From assembly GCA_034660175.1 (NCBI GenBank), contig JAYEIQ010000009.1, forward strand, positions 9,726 to 73,725: a stretch of 64,000 nucleotides of DNA, written 5' to 3'. The translations under genes and the position numbers were made by a program. How positions within the stretch are numbered: the stretch's first letter is position 1; every line of letters begins with the position of its first letter. Below, piece after piece: positions 38,390-48,093 of this stretch. Origin of the DNA: Patescibacteria group bacterium. GTDB taxonomy: Bacteria > Patescibacteriota > Minisyncoccia > Moranbacterales > DUUL01. The notes below the pieces were generated by a model. It was given only the letters and a program-made list of their open reading frames with translations. It searched no databases and was not told where the DNA came from.

Positions 38390-40354
38390 TTGATGATAAT
38401 GTTTGCGTTGGCAAAATTTTATATCGCGCTTGCTTTAATTTTGATGTTCCCGGGATTCTTCTTGGCAAGAGCTGTTTTCGCAGGAAAATACAATGATTTG
38501 TCGGTTTTTGAAAAAGCAGTCATTGTTTTTTCGTTCAGTATTGTTGCTGTAGATTTTTTGATTATTTCAGCAAATTTCTTCTCAATACCACTTGTTCGAA
38601 TTACTATTGTTTTGATGATAGTATTTTTTTGTGCTGTTTGTGCTTTTGTTTACAAAAGGAGGTGTTTGCATGGAAAACAAGCCAACGAATTGGATAAGAC
38701 CAAGACAAATATCTCTTTCACGACATTAAAAAATGTTTCATATCGTCAAATGTTGTTGTTTTTGACGATTTTGTTTCTTATTTTGATCGTTCGAAGTGGC
38801 TATGTCGTTGGTGGAATTATGCCTCAAACTACGGATTTAGGTCATCATATGTATTGGGCTAAAGATATTGTTCAAACTGGAGCTTTGCCAAGCTATGGTA
38901 TGCCGGATTTCATAATCGGGGAGCACATTATTTTTGCAACGATCGCAATAATTTCTGGACTTCCCTTTGTTAGCGCAATGCCTGTTCTAGTTTTATTCTT
39001 GATTAACATATTTTCCTTGTTTTCTATGTTGATTCTTGCCTATAGGATAGGGGAAAATTTTCTTTCGAGTGCAGACGCAAAAAAAGTTGCATTTCTGACT
39101 TTTTTAATATCGGGCCTCTTTTATGCCATTTCGTCACCTCAGACAAAGTTTGTATCAGGTGGTGTGATCGGGAATGTTGTTGGGAATTTATTCATTCCGT
39201 TGACATTGTATTTTTTTCTGATGACTATTAAAAATAGAGACAAAAACTTTGCGATGGGCTTTGTTTTATCTATCGCAGCATTGGTATATACTCACCATCT
39301 TTCCTTATTCATTTTTGTTTATGTTTTCATTGGTCTTCTTCTTTTCTCAGTCGTGTCCTTATTGTTGGTGAGCAGGTTAAACTTGCGAAAATTTTTCAAT
39401 ACACTTTATTTTTCCGTGAAGCCATTTTTTGGTGGACGAAATATACTTTTGCTGTTTGTTTTTGTCTTGTTTGTTCTTTTTGTCCATCCGCCTTCTTATC
39501 TCAATCCGTCTGCAATTGATACGGCTGTTGGTGTACCGGTTAAAGCCACAAGAACTGGTCTTGCTTTGGACTCAATTGTTAAAAACACTGGACCCTGGCG
39601 TTTCTTCTATTCAGTGATTGGAATCGTTATTGTTCTTGGTGTTTTTGCACTGAAAGTGTTTGTAGATGGATCCAGAAAGAAATTTCCATCAGAAACCTTG
39701 CTTTCAATTATGTTACCTATTTCTTGGATGACCATGATTTTGTTGATGAGTGCATACCCATCACTTCTTCGAGTTGACATTCCATCAAATAGGATTGTTA
39801 GTTACATTACTTTTCCAGCAACTATTTTAAGTGCAATAGGCATTGTTTATGTTTTATCTTTTGCTCAAAAAAACTACACAAAACAAATATTTACAGTTTT
39901 GTTTTTGGTTATTTTTGGAACTGGTTTTTTGTCCGGGTTTTCTGATGTTTCGGACTCTGCACGTGATTCGCAGTCGAACTTTCGAGAAGTTAAACAAACC
40001 TATTTTGCAACTGAGCATCTTACTGGACTTGTTGAAGATGAAGAGATGGTTTTGAAAGATCACATCTATCTTTCTGGTGATACATGGATCAAGCTTTTTT
40101 TTATGAATGGATATAAATTTCCTCTTTCAAGGTCGCATCTTAAGCGCTATAATGATCCGAATAGCAAAAGAGAAACTTGTACCAGAGACATGATCGCTAT
40201 TCCAGACAGCGAGATTGGAATGGATTGTTTTGAGCGGACAAATGTCAGGTATATTATGCTTGAAAATGGTAGTGAAAATTATCAATTTGATGTGTCTGAT
40301 AATTTTTCAAGAGTCTATGCATCAGACAGTGCAGTTATCTATATGAAGAACTAA
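38390..40354 (+). CDS. Large polytopic membrane protein with C-terminal soluble domain (possible YfhO-like GT-C or polymerase)
   Basis: At least 12 transmembrane helices over about 480 aa, then a 170-aa hydrophilic domain. Positioned directly after the GtrB-like, small-membrane-protein and GT4 genes. Confidence 0.45.
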   Translation: MMIMFALAKFYIALALILMFPGFFLARAVFAGKYNDLSVFEKAVIVFSFSIVAVDFLIISANFFSIPLVRITIVLMIVFFCAVCAFVYKRRCLHGKQANELDKTKTNISFTTLKNVSYRQMLLFLTILFLILIVRSGYVVGGIMPQTTDLGHHMYWAKDIVQTGALPSYGMPDFIIGEHIIFATIAIISGLPFVSAMPVLVLFLINIFSLFSMLILAYRIGENFLSSADAKKVAFLTFLISGLFYAISSPQTKFVSGGVIGNVVGNLFIPLTLYFFLMTIKNRDKNFAMGFVLSIAALVYTHHLSLFIFVYVFIGLLLFSVVSLLLVSRLNLRKFFNTLYFSVKPFFGGRNILLLFVFVLFVLFVHPPSYLNPSAIDTAVGVPVKATRTGLALDSIVKNTGPWRFFYSVIGIVIVLGVFALKVFVDGSRKKFPSETLLSIMLPISWMTMILLMSAYPSLLRVDIPSNRIVSYITFPATILSAIGIVYVLSFAQKNYTKQIFTVLFLVIFGTGFLSGFSDVSDSARDSQSNFREVKQTYFATEHLTGLVEDEEMVLKDHIYLSGDTWIKLFFMNGYKFPLSRSHLKRYNDPNSKRETCTRDMIAIPDSEIGMDCFERTNVRYIMLENGSENYQFDVSDNFSRVYASDSAVIYMKN

Positions 40355-40364
40355 TAAAAGACAA

Positions 40365-40787
40365 ATGAAAGAAAATTTTTTCTATATATTATTGACAGGC
40401 ATGTTGGTTGTTTTTGTGGGTTTGCTATTTTGGTATGGTGAGCAGGTCATTGGAGGAGCTTCTGACCCCGGATATTCTGTGTTGTCGTTTAAATCAGCGT
40501 CTGATGAGATAAGTCTTGAGGAAAAGGATTTAGATGCGATGATATTTTTTATCCACAATATGGAGGAAAGGGGTCTTGAATATAAAGTAGTCATATTTGT
40601 TGATGATAGAGAAGTAGATTTCTTTGAGAGAAAGATTAATTTTGATAAGTTTTTTTTCAAACCAGCAGCTCCTCTGAAAAAACACATTGAAGGATTAGAA
40701 AAAAATGAATTTTTCGAGTTTAAGGTTGTTGTTTATTGGGGAGACAAAGAGGAGTTTATCACAAAAAAAATAAAAAAAAATGAGTAA
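40365..40787 (+). CDS. Hypothetical membrane-anchored protein
   Basis: 140 aa, one N-terminal transmembrane helix; overlaps the next gene by 8 nt. Confidence 0.45.
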   Translation: MKENFFYILLTGMLVVFVGLLFWYGEQVIGGASDPGYSVLSFKSASDEISLEEKDLDAMIFFIHNMEERGLEYKVVIFVDDREVDFFERKINFDKFFFKPAAPLKKHIEGLEKNEFFEFKVVVYWGDKEEFITKKIKKNE

Positions 40788-41946
40788 AAGACGCAAAAAG
40801 ATTCTGCTTTATACTCGGCCTTTGGTTCCTCCTTGGGATGAAGCATCGAAGAATATGGCATATGAGATTGCAAAAAACTCGAAAGGATTTTTTGAGTTTC
40901 ATGTGCTTACGAGCAAGAAATATTCTGCAGAATTAATGGCGGCAGTAAAAAAAAGCAAAAATAAAAAAGTTGTTGCGGAGTCTGTTTATAAAAGCAATGA
41001 ATTTGATTCGAGGGCAAAAAAAAGTCTTCTTTTTCGTTTATTCAGACTGAATTTGGTCGCTGACATTATTCATTTCTTATTTACACCAAGAGAGTTGACG
41101 TCTGCGTTGATAAGAGCTCGACTCAGCTTTTCAAAAACAAGATCAATTCAAACAATTGCAACAATTGATGATGGTCTTATTAAAGACCAAAGGAAGTTAA
41201 AAAAAATTCTGTTTGGAGATTTGATCGTTGCTCAATCACAGCACACAAAAAACAAGCTTAAAAAAGCTGGAATTGAAAACGTAAGAGTTGTTTATCCTGG
41301 AATCGACCTTGATAAGTTTTATCCAGGTCAAAAGGATAAAAAAATTATGAAAAAACTGGACATTTCTCCCAGTGATTTTGTGATTTTGTTTGCAGGAGAG
41401 TATACGAGACTTAATGCTGTTGATGACATTGTTGATGCACTGGAAATTTTGATTGATGAAGAAACTGTGGAAGAAAAAAATTATAAAGTTATCTTTGCTT
41501 TGCGAATTAAGTCAGATGAAGATTTGCAGAAAAAACATCGAACCATCGAATATTTGCAATTGAAGGGGCTTGGGGACAGGGTTGCTTTTCTTGATATGTG
41601 TCTTGACATGCCAGCGCTCTATCGTGCCAGTGATGTGAACATCTTTCCTGCTCAGAGAATGGTTGGAAAGTTTGACATCCCCTTCGTTATTATCGAAGCA
41701 ATGGCATGTGGCAAGCCAGTGATTGTTTCAGGTATCCCAGTTCTTAAGGAGTTTGTGAAAAACGAACAAACTGGACTGGTTGTCAAAAAAGCTCAACCGG
41801 TACAGCTCGCTAGTGCAATAAAGAGAATTAAGATAGATGACAAATTAAGAGAGAAACTGTCCAATTCTGGTTTTGAATATGTAAAAGAAAATTTTGACGT
41901 TGATAAGAATGTCAAAATATATGACATATTGTATGAAAATTTGTGA
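40780..41946 (+). CDS. Glycosyltransferase family 4
   Basis: C-terminal FVIIEAMACGKPVIVSGIPVLKEFVKNEQTGLVV. Confidence 0.7.
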   Translation: MSKRRKKILLYTRPLVPPWDEASKNMAYEIAKNSKGFFEFHVLTSKKYSAELMAAVKKSKNKKVVAESVYKSNEFDSRAKKSLLFRLFRLNLVADIIHFLFTPRELTSALIRARLSFSKTRSIQTIATIDDGLIKDQRKLKKILFGDLIVAQSQHTKNKLKKAGIENVRVVYPGIDLDKFYPGQKDKKIMKKLDISPSDFVILFAGEYTRLNAVDDIVDALEILIDEETVEEKNYKVIFALRIKSDEDLQKKHRTIEYLQLKGLGDRVAFLDMCLDMPALYRASDVNIFPAQRMVGKFDIPFVIIEAMACGKPVIVSGIPVLKEFVKNEQTGLVVKKAQPVQLASAIKRIKIDDKLREKLSNSGFEYVKENFDVDKNVKIYDILYENL

Positions 41947-41948
41947 TA

Positions 41949-41957
41949 GGGGGGGGG
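41949..41957. repeat. G9 homopolymer tract immediately after the GT4 stop codon
   Basis: Seen directly. It is the only long G/C homopolymer noticed in this AT-rich window. Confidence 0.9.
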
Positions 41958-41962
41958 TATAA

Positions 41963-42076
41963 ATGAGGTATTTATTGAAAATGATTACAGGAAACGCTTT
42001 TAAAGGGTTTGAAATTGTGCTAGGATTATCCATGTTAAGCATTTTTATTTCAATTATTATTTTTAGTGACAATTGA
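41963..42076 (+). CDS. Possible small hydrophobic peptide (37 aa)
   Basis: ATG 5 nt after the G-run, which could act as a Shine-Dalgarno sequence. Product MRYLLKMITGNAFKGFEIVLGLSMLSIFISIIIFSDN. Weak. Confidence 0.2.
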   Translation: MRYLLKMITGNAFKGFEIVLGLSMLSIFISIIIFSDN

Positions 42077-42103
42077 TAACAAGATAAGTAATTATTAGAA
42101 TAA

Positions 42104-43594
42104 ATGAACAAGATCAAAAAGATATCAGAACATTCTCAAGTGATTGAAAAACAAGGAAAACAACGTGTCCCTGTGAAATTACATGTTTCTGAAGAGCTGA
42201 TGCCTGATGAGGACACAATTGATCAATTGGTCAATGTTGCATCTCAACCGCATGTTTTCAAGCACGTTGCTGCCCTGACTGATGTTCACCAAAAACCTGG
42301 CAGATTGAATCCTTCTGGTAGCGTTGTTGCAACAGAAAAATACTTTCTTCCACAATTATTGGACACTGCTCCCAATTGTGGAATGAGGTTGATCAAGACT
42401 TCTTTTGGTGAGGGAGATCTAGATGAAAAACAACTTGATAGTCTTTTCAAAGAGCTTGTTGAGGTTATTCCAACCAAAACATATTTGGGAACATTTTTTT
42501 CTCGAAGGACAATTCTTGAAGTCAGCAAACGAGGTGCAATAGGTGTTTTGGAGGCTTTGAAAGAGGATGTATCTGAGGCTGATAATATCATGCAAGGTGG
42601 AAGTATGTTCGGAGATGAAAAAATATCGGACAAAGATCTTTTTGATGCGATTCCAAGAATGTTCTTTCGTTTTGCGCAACTTCGACTTGGTATTTTGGGT
42701 GTAGCAGGAAACCACTTTCTCGATCTCATGAAGATCACCGACATAATGGAGGAGGATTTGGCAAAGAAATTTGGGTTGAAAAAAGGTCAATATGTTTTCA
42801 TGATGCACACGGGATCAGGTCTTTTTGGGCAATATGCAAGCTATTTCTATACTCCAAAAAAGAAGGAGCATTTGAGTCAAAGGTTAGTCTTGGAAGCAGC
42901 AAGACTAACTTTCTTAAATGATAAGGTGGAATGGCACAAGCAACTTGAAATTGAAATTCCCCGCTATCGTGACAGTAAGAACGTTTTTCCGATTGATTCT
43001 GAATCGGAGTTAGGTAAAAATTATTATATCGCACACAGAGCTGCTGGAAATCATGGATTCGCTAACCGCAGTGTTTTGCAACATCACCTAAGAAAGGCAT
43101 TGAAGAAAACGTTAAAAAAAGATCCTGGCCTTGATTTGCTCTATGACATGTCTCATGTTTTTGCAGCAAAAGAAAATCATTTTGGCAAAGACGTCATTGT
43201 TCACAGGAGTAATGCTACACGAGCCAATGGACCTTCAAGGATGAAGGGAACGCAATTTGAAAAAACGGGAGAACCAGTTTTCATGCCTTCTTCAATGAGC
43301 ACTGAGGCATATTTTGGAGTTGCAACCGATAACAACGAATCAACATTCTTTTCTGCGGCGCATGGAACGGGAAAATCAAAAACCAAAACGTCAGAAGTGC
43401 CCAGCGACAAAGACGAGTTGATGAAGAAAATGAAGAAAAGAAATGTGAAGTTATACAATGCACAGTCGGCGGAAATAGTCAATCAAGATGCGGCACACTA
43501 TAAGGATCCAGGGGTTGCAATTGAAGGCATGAAGGCAAATGGTGTCATGAGGCCGATCGCAAAAATGATGCCTGTTTCTGTATTAATGGCATAA
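42104..43594 (+). CDS. rtcB: RtcB-family RNA ligase
   Basis: Collinear with E. coli RtcB: FKHVAALTDVH (PDVH), NCGM (GCGM), AGNHF (GTGNHF), MHTGSG (LHSGSRG), MPSSMS (IPGSMG), AAHGTGK (nucleophile CSHGAGR) and HYKD (AYKD). Confidence 0.8.
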   Translation: MNKIKKISEHSQVIEKQGKQRVPVKLHVSEELMPDEDTIDQLVNVASQPHVFKHVAALTDVHQKPGRLNPSGSVVATEKYFLPQLLDTAPNCGMRLIKTSFGEGDLDEKQLDSLFKELVEVIPTKTYLGTFFSRRTILEVSKRGAIGVLEALKEDVSEADNIMQGGSMFGDEKISDKDLFDAIPRMFFRFAQLRLGILGVAGNHFLDLMKITDIMEEDLAKKFGLKKGQYVFMMHTGSGLFGQYASYFYTPKKKEHLSQRLVLEAARLTFLNDKVEWHKQLEIEIPRYRDSKNVFPIDSESELGKNYYIAHRAAGNHGFANRSVLQHHLRKALKKTLKKDPGLDLLYDMSHVFAAKENHFGKDVIVHRSNATRANGPSRMKGTQFEKTGEPVFMPSSMSTEAYFGVATDNNESTFFSAAHGTGKSKTKTSEVPSDKDELMKKMKKRNVKLYNAQSAEIVNQDAAHYKDPGVAIEGMKANGVMRPIAKMMPVSVLMA

Positions 43595-44152
43595 ATGCTC
43601 AAAAAAAAGGAAAAAATTCTGCTTTTTGGCAACAATTTGTGGTCATTAGGCGAGGGAATGCCTGGTCCTTTGTTCGCTGTCTTTTCGCAAAGATTGGGTG
43701 GAAACATTTTAGATATAGCATAGGCATGGGCAGTGTATTTGATGGTTACAGGTTTATCCGTGATTGTGATTGGAAAAGTTTCTGATGGAAATGGAAGAAA
43801 AGAAAAAGTTATGGTTTTAGGCTTTGCTCTAAATGCATTTTTCACATTCTGCTATATTTTTGTTTCAACTCCCCTGGAACTTTTGCTTGTTCAGGCTGGA
43901 ATTGGTTATGCCACTGCCCTTGCAACTCCAACATGGCGAGCTTTGTATGATAAATACTCGGAAGATAAACTCGACGGTTATATTTGGGGATTAGCGTCTG
44001 GTGGTGCATATATTGTTGCTGGAATAGCTGCATTGATTGGTGGAATGATTGTGAGTCACTATTCTTTCACTGCCCTGCTTATCTCAATGGGTTCAATTCA
44101 AGTGGTGGCCACTTTATACCAGGCTAAAATACTAAGAAGAAAGAAGTTATGA
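43595..44152 (+). pseudogene. MFS transporter remnant (C-terminal 6-transmembrane-helix half only) interrupted by an in-frame TAG at 43721-43723
   Basis: The 42-codon ORF 43595-43720 and the ORF 43733-44152 share one frame, separated only by TAG. Combined product has about 6 transmembrane helices with the MFS loop motif GKVSDGNGRKE. The N-terminal half of the transporter is absent. Confidence 0.5.
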
Positions 44153-44769
44153 AGCTTATAACAATTTCAGGATTGGATGGCTCTGGAAAGACTTCTCAAA
44201 TAAATTTTCTCAAAGATCACTTGGAGGATCAAGGGAAAAAAATATATTATTTTCATGCAATCGAATTCTCTTTTGCAAATAAGCTTGTCAGTTTATTTAA
44301 TAAAAAGAAATCGAAATATGATTCGCAGGCGGAAGCAAAAACTTCTGCGGGAAAGATTTCAGTTTTTTTACGAAAACTTTTTTTGATTATTGATGTGCTT
44401 CGTTTTGGTAGATTCTATAAAAAACTTGAAAAAGAAGGGTGTGAATATGTCCTGACTGATAGATTCTTTTTTGATCAGATGATAAACATTGTTTTTTTGG
44501 CTAATAGAAGTGAATTTGATGACAACAGATGGTGGCAAAAATTGGCTGAAAAAAATCTGAGAAGACCAGACTTTGCACTTTTTCTTGAAGTCACGCCTCA
44601 TACGATTCTTTCTCGTCAAAGAGAGATAGAACAAGGTAATGAATATCTGGAAAAGAAATACAAACTGTATGACTATTTTGCTAAGACAAGAAATTTGCAA
44701 CGTATTGATGGTGAACAAAGCAGGAATGAAGTTTTGGAAGACATAAAAAAAGCAGTAAACGTTATATAA
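44149..44769 (+). CDS. dTMP-kinase-like P-loop nucleoside/nucleotide kinase
   Basis: ISGLDGSGKTSQ P-loop and LTDRFFFDQ (DRY/F motif); 206 aa. Confidence 0.6.
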   Translation: MKLITISGLDGSGKTSQINFLKDHLEDQGKKIYYFHAIEFSFANKLVSLFNKKKSKYDSQAEAKTSAGKISVFLRKLFLIIDVLRFGRFYKKLEKEGCEYVLTDRFFFDQMINIVFLANRSEFDDNRWWQKLAEKNLRRPDFALFLEVTPHTILSRQREIEQGNEYLEKKYKLYDYFAKTRNLQRIDGEQSRNEVLEDIKKAVNVI

Positions 44770-44770
44770 A

Positions 44771-46261
44771 ATGGGAGCTCTCGTTAAAGCATCAATTTGG
44801 CTGACTCTTTCTGAGTTGGTGTTTAATTTATCTGGATATATAACTCACGCTTTTTTGGGTCGTTCTTTAGGGCCGGCTGAATATGGGCGATATGGGATCG
44901 TGATCACCTTTTCAACGATGATAATAATTTTGATTGGCAAAGGTGTTCCTATCGCAATGAGCAAATATCTTTCAGAGGTTCCAGTGGAGCAACAAGAAAA
45001 AATAGCAGCTATCAAAAATATAAGCGCGAAAGTTCAGTTTGTAGTTATTGGTTTAGTTACCATTGTATATTTTTTTCTTGCTCCTGTTTTTGCACATATT
45101 CTCAGAGATGATTCTTTGACGTCGCTGTTCAGAATTTCTTCTTTGATTATCCCGGCTTTTGCTGGAGCGAGTTTCTATGTTTATTATTACACTGGAATTC
45201 AATTATTTGGGAAACAGGCTTTTTTAAAATTTTTCAGATCTATTGCAAAGGTTGGTATTATTGTTACTCTGGGTTTCTTGTTTAGTACTCCTGGTGCTGT
45301 TATAGGTCATGCAATTGCTCCCTTCTCTGTTTTCGTTGCAGCGTATCTGCTTGACCCATACAGAAAATTTAAGTCTGTCGCAAGAAATAATAACAATTCT
45401 CTGTCTTTGCAAAAGCTTTTAAATTTTGCATGGCCAATAACATTATTTATGATCTTTTATGAGATTATGATTACTGTAGATCTCTATTTGGTTAAGATCT
45501 TGTTGGGAGATGATAAATTAACTGGTGTTTATAATTCGGCAATTACTGTCGGTAGAATCCCCTTCTACGCTTTCTATTTTTTGACAATCATATTGTTGCC
45601 GAAAATTTCTCAAACGACATCTCGGGGATTGAAAGAAGAAACGAAAGAAATCCTTTCTTCGGCGATGAGATTTATGTTTATGTTTTTGATTCCTTGTATA
45701 GCTCTTCTTTCTGCTTTTTCACCATCGGCAATCATATTTTTTTATGGAGCAATGTATACTTCTGGAGCCGAAGCTCTCTCGATTCTTGCTCTAGGAGCAG
45801 GATTTCTGTCCGTCTTTTATGTTCTGGCTTTTGTTTTAAATGGGGCAGATAAAAATAAAGTTCCAATGTGGACCGCGTTCTTTGGTTGTTTATTCAATAC
45901 AGCACTGGTTTATTTTTTGATTCCAATTTTGGGAATCAAAGGGGCGGCTATTGGAACGACTATAACTTCTTTGCTAGCGATGATTGTTGTTGTGTTGTAT
46001 ACAAGTAGAAAGATCGCAAATTTTCTCGCATTTATACCCATATTTAAATATATCATAGGAAGCGCTGGGGTTTATTTTCTGGCAAAAAACTTTTTTGTTC
46101 AAGGAAGATTCATTTTTATTCTATGGTCTTTAATTCTGTTAGCAATTTATTGCTTGTATTTGTTTTTTATCAGAGAAATAAAAGAAAAGGATATTAGTTT
46201 TCTACGCAATGCCTTGATCAAGAAAAGATTTACAACAAAATCAAAAAGTGATTTAATTTGA
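44771..46261 (+). CDS. Wzx-like oligosaccharide flippase (MOP superfamily polysaccharide biosynthesis protein)
   Basis: At least 12 transmembrane helices, N-terminus typical of the PF01943/PF13440 families; 496 aa. Confidence 0.75.
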   Translation: MGALVKASIWLTLSELVFNLSGYITHAFLGRSLGPAEYGRYGIVITFSTMIIILIGKGVPIAMSKYLSEVPVEQQEKIAAIKNISAKVQFVVIGLVTIVYFFLAPVFAHILRDDSLTSLFRISSLIIPAFAGASFYVYYYTGIQLFGKQAFLKFFRSIAKVGIIVTLGFLFSTPGAVIGHAIAPFSVFVAAYLLDPYRKFKSVARNNNNSLSLQKLLNFAWPITLFMIFYEIMITVDLYLVKILLGDDKLTGVYNSAITVGRIPFYAFYFLTIILLPKISQTTSRGLKEETKEILSSAMRFMFMFLIPCIALLSAFSPSAIIFFYGAMYTSGAEALSILALGAGFLSVFYVLAFVLNGADKNKVPMWTAFFGCLFNTALVYFLIPILGIKGAAIGTTITSLLAMIVVVLYTSRKIANFLAFIPIFKYIIGSAGVYFLAKNFFVQGRFIFILWSLILLAIYCLYLFFIREIKEKDISFLRNALIKKRFTTKSKSDLI

Positions 46262-48081
46262 TATGGGGTAATAAAACTGTTATGCAGAAGAAATGTTGTT
46301 TAAAGAATCTTTATTCGAACAAAAAGCGACTTGTTGTGATCGCTCTTTTTGTAATTGTGATTGGAGCAATTTGGGTCAGGACATTTCATTATCATGAATG
46401 GTTGTTTTTCAAATGGGATCAGGCTCGTGACTCGATTTTGTTGGCACCAGCTATTGAGCATGGACCTGAGCATCTTCCTTTGCTTGGTCCACGAGCGACA
46501 AAAGTTGGTAATGACTATCTTCGTCTGGGACCAGCCTACTATTATACGCAATATGTTTCAGGTGTGGTTTTTAGCTCAACAAAACCAGATGTTTTTGCAT
46601 ATCCAGATTTGTTTTTTTCAATTCTCACAATACCTCTTTTGTATTTTTTCCTTAGGTTGTATTTTTCCAGGACCAACGCACTTTTGGCCGTACTAATGTA
46701 TACATTTTCATTTTTGATCATTCAGTACTCAAGATTTTCTTGGAATCCCAATTCAGTTCCTTTTTTCATAATCCTGTCTTTTTTTGGTCTTCTAAAATTC
46801 ATTGAAAGCAAGAAAGTTAAGCAGAGGATCGGATGGATTGCTTTGTGGGCAGGGGCATTTTCAATTGCTTCGCAATATCATTTCTTTGCATTCTTTTCTC
46901 TGACTGCAATAACTGCTATTTTCGTATTTTTGCACTACCAGTTGTGGAAACCTAAAGACATAGGAAGTAAAATAAAGACTGTTTTCTCCAAGAGAGGAAT
47001 TGCTGTTGCATTGACTGCTGTTTTTATTATAGGAGTTGCCTATACACCCGTGATAATTAGTGATGTTGTTACGGATGGAAGCAATGTGAAAAATTTCATT
47101 GGTGCTTTTAGCGAAAAACCCAAAAAAAATAAGACAACATGGCAGAAAATTGTAAGAAATTTTCGAGAACAACCAAAGCATTATTATCTTTTGATTACGT
47201 CTTTTCGACATCGAAAAGGAATGAAGGCTGATCCCGTCCCCGTTGGTTTTGGAACGGTATTTGTTGTTCTTGGACTTGCTCTTACTATTGCTCGAAGAAA
47301 AAAGGAGGAGTCAGCTCAGAAAAAGGCTTTCTTGCTTTTGGTATCTGTCTGGACAATTGTTTTTTTCTTGGTAACAATCCCGATGTCATATCAACTGAGA
47401 CCTCGCTTTTTTGTTGTGATATTTCCTATTCCGTACATATTTTTTGGGCTTTGGTTTGTTTTGTTCAAAGAAAAATTTGGCGATCGAGCAAAGCCGGCAA
47501 TTATTTCAATTGTTGCAATGATTTTGATTTTGAATGCTTATGGAACCTATGCTTGGTTTAGGGAAAATATGCTGTCACAGAACCATGCACTTGATACTGG
47601 CAGAACATATATTTTAAAAAAACAAGATGGAGTGACCCTGGGTCAATTGGAGAAAGTTACTGACTATATGTATGAAAACAGAAGGAGTGATGATTTCATA
47701 TATTACTCAAAACCGGAGTACACTATTTCCTTCAAATATCTTCTTTGGCAGAAAAACGATCCTTTAATTTCATATGATTTTGCTAACAGCACTCAAGATC
47801 TGAGAGGTCACGATTATGTCTTTGCAATCAACAGTGTTAGTGGCGGATTTGATTCGGTGTCTAAAAAAATTAAGGATTATGCAACAGTTATTTCTCAAAA
47901 ACAATTTGGACAACTTGTAGTTTTTGAAATGAAAATTGATCAGAACAAAATTCCAGCTCCGAAAGAAAAAAAGGCTGTTGCCGTTGAAGAGGAAGAAGGC
48001 AAAACAGAGCGTTTGTTTTGGCGGGACGTGTTTGGTCTCAGTTCAAAGGAAGTTGATTCGGAATTGGGTAAAAAAGAATAA
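46258..48081 (+). CDS. GT-C membrane glycosyltransferase, GT39/ArnT/PMT-like, paralog B
   Basis: FKWDQARDS..LLGPRATKVG..LGPAYYY loop shared with paralogs A and C. Acidic/K-rich linker then RLFWRDVF near the C-terminus. Confidence 0.7.
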   Translation: MIWGNKTVMQKKCCLKNLYSNKKRLVVIALFVIVIGAIWVRTFHYHEWLFFKWDQARDSILLAPAIEHGPEHLPLLGPRATKVGNDYLRLGPAYYYTQYVSGVVFSSTKPDVFAYPDLFFSILTIPLLYFFLRLYFSRTNALLAVLMYTFSFLIIQYSRFSWNPNSVPFFIILSFFGLLKFIESKKVKQRIGWIALWAGAFSIASQYHFFAFFSLTAITAIFVFLHYQLWKPKDIGSKIKTVFSKRGIAVALTAVFIIGVAYTPVIISDVVTDGSNVKNFIGAFSEKPKKNKTTWQKIVRNFREQPKHYYLLITSFRHRKGMKADPVPVGFGTVFVVLGLALTIARRKKEESAQKKAFLLLVSVWTIVFFLVTIPMSYQLRPRFFVVIFPIPYIFFGLWFVLFKEKFGDRAKPAIISIVAMILILNAYGTYAWFRENMLSQNHALDTGRTYILKKQDGVTLGQLEKVTDYMYENRRSDDFIYYSKPEYTISFKYLLWQKNDPLISYDFANSTQDLRGHDYVFAINSVSGGFDSVSKKIKDYATVISQKQFGQLVVFEMKIDQNKIPAPKEKKAVAVEEEEGKTERLFWRDVFGLSSKEVDSELGKKE

Positions 48082-48093
48082 ATATTTTGAAAA

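Noticed and set aside
43721-43723. In-frame TAG as stop-codon recoding
   Set aside because: TAG terminates atpD and other solid genes, and TGA and TAA are also used as stops. The standard code is in use, so pseudogene or sequencing error is the simpler explanation.
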